Made by a program: the position numbers and the translations under genes. 64,000 nt of DNA. Source: Salpingoeca rosetta. Taxonomy: Eukaryota; Protista; Choanoflagellata. Positions 50,405-64,000 of the stretch are shown piece after piece. The DNA lies in contig JAWQFM010000024.1 in NCBI GenBank assembly GCA_033442325.1, forward strand, positions 928,106-992,105. The letters are read 5' to 3'. The notes under the pieces were generated by a model. That model was given only the letters and a program-made list of their open reading frames with translations, was not told the origin of the DNA and did no database searches. How positions within the stretch are numbered: position 1 is the first letter of the stretch; every line of letters starts with the position of its first letter.

Positions 50405-50760
50405 GTGAGGGAGAATGGGAGGATGGTGTGCGAGTGTCGAGGTGAGACAACACGATGAGCAAAAATAAACAAGGTCAAATCAGAAAGCAGATATTGAGCC
50501 AGAAAAGCAGAGACATGGCACATGAAGGTGTTAAAGGGCTTGTAAGAAGTATGGCGCGAAGCATGAAAGGATAAAACAACACGCACAACATACATTGACA
50601 GATGCGATCGCTGGTTGGCGTTGGCGGCTTGACTTGAAACGTCTGGCCGAGCACACACACTGTTGTGTTGTGACACACACGGTCTGCAGAGATGAATGGG
50701 TGGATGTGGGTAAGTGCAGGTGAAAACTGAGCATAACCAAACACAGAGAGAGAGAGAGAG

Positions 50761-50810
<50 letters not shown>

Positions 50811-53438
50811 GAGCAAACATACAAAGGGCTGTGAGCAGCTCATGTATGCATGCATGCATGCAAGCAAACGCAAACGCAAACGCAAACGTACTGGGTTGTG
50901 TCTGTGTTCTGGCATGGACGTCCTCAAACTGGTGAGGATGACACGGTGGGAGATGGCGGCAGACTGTGTCTGACGTTGACGTGGCAGGGCGAGCCACGTA
51001 CTGTGCGCTCGCGTTACATGCTGTGACGGCAGTGCACACGCGGTCTGTGGAAGGCGTGGGTGGTGTCACTTCATACTCCACACCAACTGGCGCACAGGAG
51101 CGCGCGGGCGTGCACTTATCGCTGCAGCTGTGGCTTGCCTTGAAGAAACCGAGCGGACACGTCACGATGTGGTTGAGGTTGCGTAGGGAGGGGACCCCAA
51201 CCAGCTGCACACCAGGTGGGCACGATGGCTGGGACGTGCATGTGATGTCGCCCGGCCAAATTGTGTATGTGCCTGGAGCGCATGGCTCGCACGTTGGGTT
51301 GTCATTTGCACCGCCACTACCACTGCCGTTGCTGTCTGTGATGGAGCCAATGTGGCGGTAACCGGGGGCGCACAGACAGAGGCGGTCTGATGATGGGGTT
51401 CCCTCTCGTCCAATCACGTGCATGCTTGGGTCGCACTGAGAAAACCTGGAGCACTCGAGTGCATTGTGTGTTTCTGAAAAGGTGCCTGCTGGACAAGCAA
51501 TGCACACGCGATCTCTCGTCGCTGTGTGTGTGTATGTATGTGTGTGACGATGTGTGTGTGTGTGTGACGATGTGTGTGTGTGTGTGACGATGTGTGTGTG
51601 TGTGACGATGTGTGTGTGTGTGACAAGGTGTGGTGAGATGATGATGATGTGGCTTTGTTGAAGGGAATAGCCAACCCAATACGAAGCAACACGAGCATTG
51701 AACATTCAACATTGACTGCGTTCACATCACTGCACGTCAACAATCGACACTCCTGCGCTTACGTGTTGCTTGCAGAAAAACCTTGGTGCCGGGAGGGCAG
51801 TTTGTCAGCGGGAGGCAGATGCCCAACTTGTTATCGAACCACTCTGCCTCTGAGCATGGCCGTGCATGCGCAACGCTGGGGTCCTTGAGCTCTGCGACCG
51901 AGAAGGGCAAAGTCAGCAGAGGGCGTGAGCTGCGTGTGTGATTCACTCGGTGCCACAACACGCAAAAGGTTTTTCACACAGCGCCTACACATTGACGCAC
52001 GTCTGTAGGCACACACGCGCTCGTACTCACCGCAACGGCAGTCGGGGCATGTCCAGGAAAAGTAGTGCAACTCCGGAGGTGGAAGGTCTGGCTCAAGGTC
52101 ACAAAGCTGGGGAAGCGTGGCAATGCGACACAGCCCGAGAGAATCGACACACTGAAACCGCGGATCTTGACACAAGCAGTCGCCGTCATTGTCCAGAAAC
52201 GCACCATGCGGGCACTTGCTTCTTGGGGAGGAATCTTCGCGTGGTAGTGCGTGTGTGGGGGGGGGGGGAGGATGGTTAAGTGGGTGTACATGCGTGTCCG
52301 CCATGTATGTGCACGTGTGAGTGAGGGTGTGTGAGTGAGTGGGTGTTGTGTGTGTGTGTGCACGTGTGAGTGAGTATGTGTGTGGGTGAGTGGGTGTACA
52401 TGCGTGTCTGCCATGTGTGCGCACGTGTGAGTATGTGTGTGGGTGAGTGGGTGTACATGCGTGTCTGCCATGTGTGCGCATGTGTGTGTACGTGTGTTCG
52501 TTTGTCGGCTCAATCTCAATGTCTTGCTGAAGGCGGAGAGTTCAGGCGCAATGTGGAAGTGTTGTGGAAGCACAAGAACACGAGCGCAGTGCAGAAGAGC
52601 TGGCACGCGGAACAGCCTGCGCAGCAGACAGCCTGCGCGCATGGCTAGGTGTGATGCATGTGCAAGCGTGTAGGTGCACTTACTGCAAATGCAGTCCGGA
52701 CACGATGTGGAGAAGAGGGAGAAGCGGCGGTGGTTGACGGTTTGCTGCGTGCACGCTGTTCCCTGGCACTCGAAGCCATTGTCACACACGCATCGGCCGT
52801 CAACGGCGATTGTGCCGTGCAAGCACTGCTCCAATGGCACGCTGGATCCCGCGGCATCTGCGTTGGTGTTGTCGTTGACAAATCAAGCGAGCAAGCAAGC
52901 AAGCAGCAAGGGAAGGGTGTTTGCACAAATGCCACACAGCAACGGCGGCAAAGACGAAAGTGAGACAACGAAAACACAAGTTCACATGGCGACTAACGTA
53001 AAGTGTGCATTGAGATGCCTGCAGGCAAGCACATCGTTCACGAGCGGGGGTAGCGGGAAGGGAAAGACAGACAGCATGCATGCATGAACACATCCACCAA
53101 AACGGCAGGCGTGGTGTTGCAACATAACCCCTCTTTTGAGGTAAAGGAGAGCGGTTGCTGCTCGTCGCTCGTCCACATGTGCGTGAACACAATTGATCTG
53201 TTTCCCACTTCAACCGATCTTGCCTGCAAGCACCCCACGCCAACACCTGATTGCTTGCACACGAGAGCAAGAGGACAAGCATACCGGTTTGATGATGATG
53301 TGCCGATGAGACCAGAAGCACAAGGAGGATGACGGAGGAGAAGATTGTTGGTGGAAGCCAGGTGCGGCGTTTGGAGGATGCTCCACGGCCAGATAGCCTC
53401 ACGGCACACGGGCGCCAGCTGACAACTTTGAGCGTCAT
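45441..53438 (-). CDS. Type I membrane protein with about 20 TNFR-like Cys repeats, two N-terminal CPDC Cys modules and a long disordered cytoplasmic tail
   Basis: Signal peptide ...FSSVILLVLLVSSAHHHQT. Recurrent repeat 'C....(Q/E)Y(E/V)...PT.TSDRVC...T.C' over many exons. TM LMVFVALGAVCVVIVVAACVVLVVVL. The terminal exon is ~2.5 kb (ORF 45441-47975). The repeat count is approximate. Confidence 0.85.
52366..52480. repeat. ~57-bp intronic minisatellite (2 near-perfect copies plus a degenerate copy at ~52280)
   Basis: The unit gagtgggtgtacatgcgtgtctgccatgtgtgcgca... is repeated. Confidence 0.8.
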
Positions 53439-53949
53439 GTCTCTCACTCAGCACAACATGTATTGGTGGTGGTGGTGGTGGTGGCAGGTAGTGTGGTGGT
53501 GGTGGTGCGCTCAAGCACATGAAAGCGACGAAGGAGGAGAAGAAGAGGAAGGAAATAAATGGCGCGTGTTCTCTTCTCGCTCTTGCTCTCTTGCTGAGAG
53601 GAGAAAGATTGAGTGTCTTCCTGGCTGGCTTGCGCTCGTCAAAAGACCCACGATCGAGCAAGCGAAGAATGGAAGGAAAGGGGAGGCGAGGATTGTGAGC
53701 AACAAAACACACAAGAAGAAGGGAATAAAAGTGGGAAGACCTCGGGCAAGAAGGAAACACAAAGGAAGGAGAGTGACAAGAAGGCAGTCAGCGCAACCAA
53801 CAACGAAAGAACGAAAGACACGGCTAGGCTAGGTCGACAACCAGAAGAGGGCGAAACGTTGCCCACGTCGACTTTGGACAGGGCAGACGAAGGGCCCATG
53901 CAGAAAAAAATTTATGCAATTAATTCACATGCATGAACGACAAACAACC

Positions 53950-54421
53950 ATGCCTGTCACGGTTGTGTTGCAAAAGACAAACGGCGTGGAGTTGCAGGTC
54001 AGTGACGATGATGGCGATGAGGATGATGGCGATGGAGAGGGTGGAGCGCGGAGGAGAGCGGAGGAACGGAGGGAATGAGACACGGATAAGAGAATGAGAC
54101 ATGGAGAAGGAGACATGGCAAGCAAGTGAGTGGTATTGCTTGCAGGTGCGCTGGTGCAAACGTAGAGAGTGTGGACGGCTCATGCACCAGCCCATACACT
54201 CTCAAACGCACGCCATGTACTGTGTCCACGCATGTATGCCCTGCCTGCCTGGTGTAGGTGGATCCTGATGAGGATGAGTGGGTGAAGATTGGCAAGGGGG
54301 TCATCATCTTTGTGGCCTTTTTGAAAGATACCACTGCCGACCAGCTCCCAGCCATTGGTGGGTGTGTTTGTGTGGTTGTGTGGTTGTGCATGCGCTTGTG
54401 TGCGTGTGTGTGCGTGTGCGC

Positions 54422-54474
<53 letters not shown>

Positions 54475-54774
54475 GTGTTGTCGTGNNNNNNNNNNNNNNN
54501 NNNNNNNNNNNNNNNNNNNNNNNNNNNNNNNNNNNNNNNNNNNNNNNNNNNNNNNNNNNNNNNNNNNNNNNNNNNNNNNNNNNNNGTTACACAATAATTT
54601 CCTCTCGTCTATCGTCCTGCCTCCTATCCTTTAATACGCCACCATTACACAGTATTCATATCCACCTCACTCCAGAACAATCCGCCCGAAACAACTCCAT
54701 CAACATCGTCTCCTTTGACGTATGTGGTTAATCATCACTCGCCCACTTTCGCCGTGAAACAACAAGAACTGAGA

Positions 54775-54806
<32 letters not shown>

Positions 54807-55868
54807 TGTTTGCGTGTGTGTGCGTGCGTGTTTGCGCTTGTTTGTGTTTGTGTGTGTTTGTGTGTGTGTGTGTGTGTGTCTTCTCTTGCTTATCGGACTG
54901 TTGCCATGGAAGTGTCCCTTTTCCCTCTGACCACGTCCATCGCACACGCACACGCAACTTCAACTGCATTGTTGCAGTGAAGAAGTTGCTTCATCTCAAG
55001 TACTGTGAGCGGGCGAGCATCCTGGAACAGCGGCGGGACGTGCTGCTTGTGCCCCAAGCAACGCTCGGTGGCAAGATCAAGGGCAAACAACTCCAGTACG
55101 TGCTGCATGTGTGTGTGTGTGTGTGTGTCTGCGTGTGTCTGCGTGTGTGTGTGTGTATGTGTGCGTGTGTGTGTGGGTGGGTGGGTGTGTGTGTGTGTGT
55201 GCGTGTGTGTGTGTGTCTGCGTGTGTCTGCGTGTGTGTGTGGGTGTGTGTGTGTGGGTGTGGGTGTGTGTGTATGTGTGCGTGTGTGGGTGTGTGTGTGT
55301 GTGTGTGTGGGTGTTTGCTTCTGCGCCAGGTTGTGTGCAGACTCCAGGACCATGTGTTGCGTGTCGCCATGCCTCCTTGGTGGCACCTTTGCTTCGGTCG
55401 TAGACGGCCACTCATCCCAAAGCACTGCACTGTGCACACAGGTATCATGGGAATGTGTCAAAGGATGAGGGGCGGGACCTCTTCATGGCGCTGATTGCGG
55501 AGTTTCAAAAACAGGTGAGTGAGCGTGCGTGTGTGTGTGTTTGTGCGTTACGGAGAGAAGCACTCTGCAGTTGTTTGCTGCCATGGCCTGGGAACAGTAT
55601 CGCGAGGAAAGAAGCCTTCAAGGCTGACAGCTCACATGCGCTATTGCCTCTGCGTTCGGTGCCTTTGCATGCATACTCAGTTGGAAGAAGCAGGTGTGGG
55701 TGACAGCATCACCTTCAAGCATGGTACGTGTGTATTGTGTGTTTGAGACAGTGCGTGGTGTGTATGTGTGTAGGTGTGTTGCGCAGGTGGCCGTTTGTGA
55801 TGTTGAAACCCGCACAAACACACTCACACACACACATCTCTCTCTCTCACACATATCACACACACACA

Positions 55869-55902
<34 letters not shown>

Positions 55903-55996
55903 AACCGCTTGCGTAGGAACTTATGGGAATATTCAGCGCATGCGAAACATGAGTAACGACGGCCCCTTCACACACACCTTCACCTTCCCAAGTTAA
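53950..55996 (+). CDS. DTD2: ATD / DTD2-type aminoacyl-tRNA deacylase (DTD-like fold)
   Basis: Exons read [16 protein letters not shown] / [23 protein letters not shown] / ...[27 protein letters not shown] / [10 protein letters not shown] / ...[33 protein letters not shown] and GPFTH are the ATD signatures, as opposed to SQFTL/NxGPVT in canonical DTD. Confidence 0.92.
54486..54585. other. Assembly gap (100 N) in an ATD intron
   Basis: Run of N. Confidence 1.
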
Positions 55997-56087
55997 CTGA
56001 CAGTGCATAAACGCCACACAACACCGAAACACAGCAACTTCCAAGAAAGAACATGCCTCGGTGTGTTCACAGAGATCATCGCACAAG

Positions 56088-56230
56088 ACACACAGACACA
56101 CAGACACAGACACACACACAGACACACACACAGACACAGACACAGACACACACACACACAGACACACACACACACACACACACAGACACACACACAGACA
56201 CACACACAGACACACACAGACACACACACA

Positions 56231-56296
<66 letters not shown>
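56088..56296. repeat. Intergenic (CA)n/(CAGACA)n compound microsatellite
   Basis: Directly visible. Similar intergenic CA tracts occur at ~40226-40297 and ~45315-45403. Confidence 0.9.
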
Positions 56297-56299
<3 letters not shown>

Positions 56300-56818
56300 C
56301 CGGACACGAGCAAGCAAACGCAGCGAATAATTTTCACCGCACACCCCCACCGTTTCACCCTGGCTTAGGGTTCCGATCCAAGGATCCAAGGACAGGGAGA
56401 GGACATGCATGTTGGTGAAGGCGGAGGGATGCACCCTCTGGCTGGACGCCTGTTGGTGCACGCACTTCTGAATCGCTCCGGTCAGATGGCACATGGTGAA
56501 AACACCACACACACGCACACACCAACGTACACACTGTACACACATACATACGCACGCACACACACACATACATCCACATACATCCACACACATCCACACA
56601 GTGTACACGGCTAGTTAGCGAGTCGTCCGCCCTTCCCTCATTCTTGAGAGCTCGCATGAAGCCTTGAGACTCGCTTCAGTCACTAGAAGGCAGCACCACG
56701 TGCAACTGCACCAGTTGACCTGCACTCCACCAACTTGCACCAAGCACTGAGTCACAACATCGTCAGGAGAGCCAAACGCCGCCAGGACATCAGCTCTTGG
56801 CACAGGCTGAACTGGGAG

Positions 56819-64000
<7,182 letters not shown>

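Noticed and set aside
56405-56760. Upstream ATGs and short ORFs before the last gene (MHVGEGGG..., HVQLHQLTC...)
   Set aside because: They contain in-frame stops or give no coherent splice path to the downstream exons. Treated as 5' UTR or intergenic, although the true start remains uncertain.

Overview
Gene-dense, intron-rich eukaryotic genomic DNA. Short GT-AG introns packed with (GT)n/(CA)n microsatellites, very short intergenic spacers and the gene content point to a choanoflagellate, probably Salpingoeca rosetta (inference, not checked against a database). I assembled 13 spliced protein-coding genes by eye. In order: LRRC74-like LRR protein (-, runs off the left edge); kinesin-5/Eg5 (+); SLC37/G6PT-like MFS transporter (+); hypothetical protein (-); secreted protein with bacterial-type Ig-like repeats (+); bacterial-type beta-lactamase-fold serine hydrolase (-); CRAL-TRIO/Sec14 protein (-); long-chain acyl-CoA synthetase (+); multi-lectin type I receptor (-); annexin A7/A11-like (-); TNFR-Cys-repeat type I receptor (-); ATD/DTD2 tRNA deacylase (+); uncharacterised mucin-stalk type I membrane protein (+, runs off the right edge). 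There are three assembly gaps. I saw no rRNA, tRNA, CRISPR array or transposon. Main findings: (1) a receptor combining a CBM9/DOMON-like module with a C-type lectin domain (EPN/MND) that has a SUEL-type lectin domain inserted inside it, plus a PPxY/NxxY tail; (2) a strand-following intron polarity, with G/GT-rich 5' halves and C/CA-rich 3' halves that are mutually complementary; (3) a tight E2F+CHR+MYB motif cluster upstream of the mitotic kinesin; (4) two adjacent genes that look bacteria-derived; (5) an exon-bounded 'CPDCxC' Cys module I do not recognise. CDS coordinates are whole-gene spans including introns.
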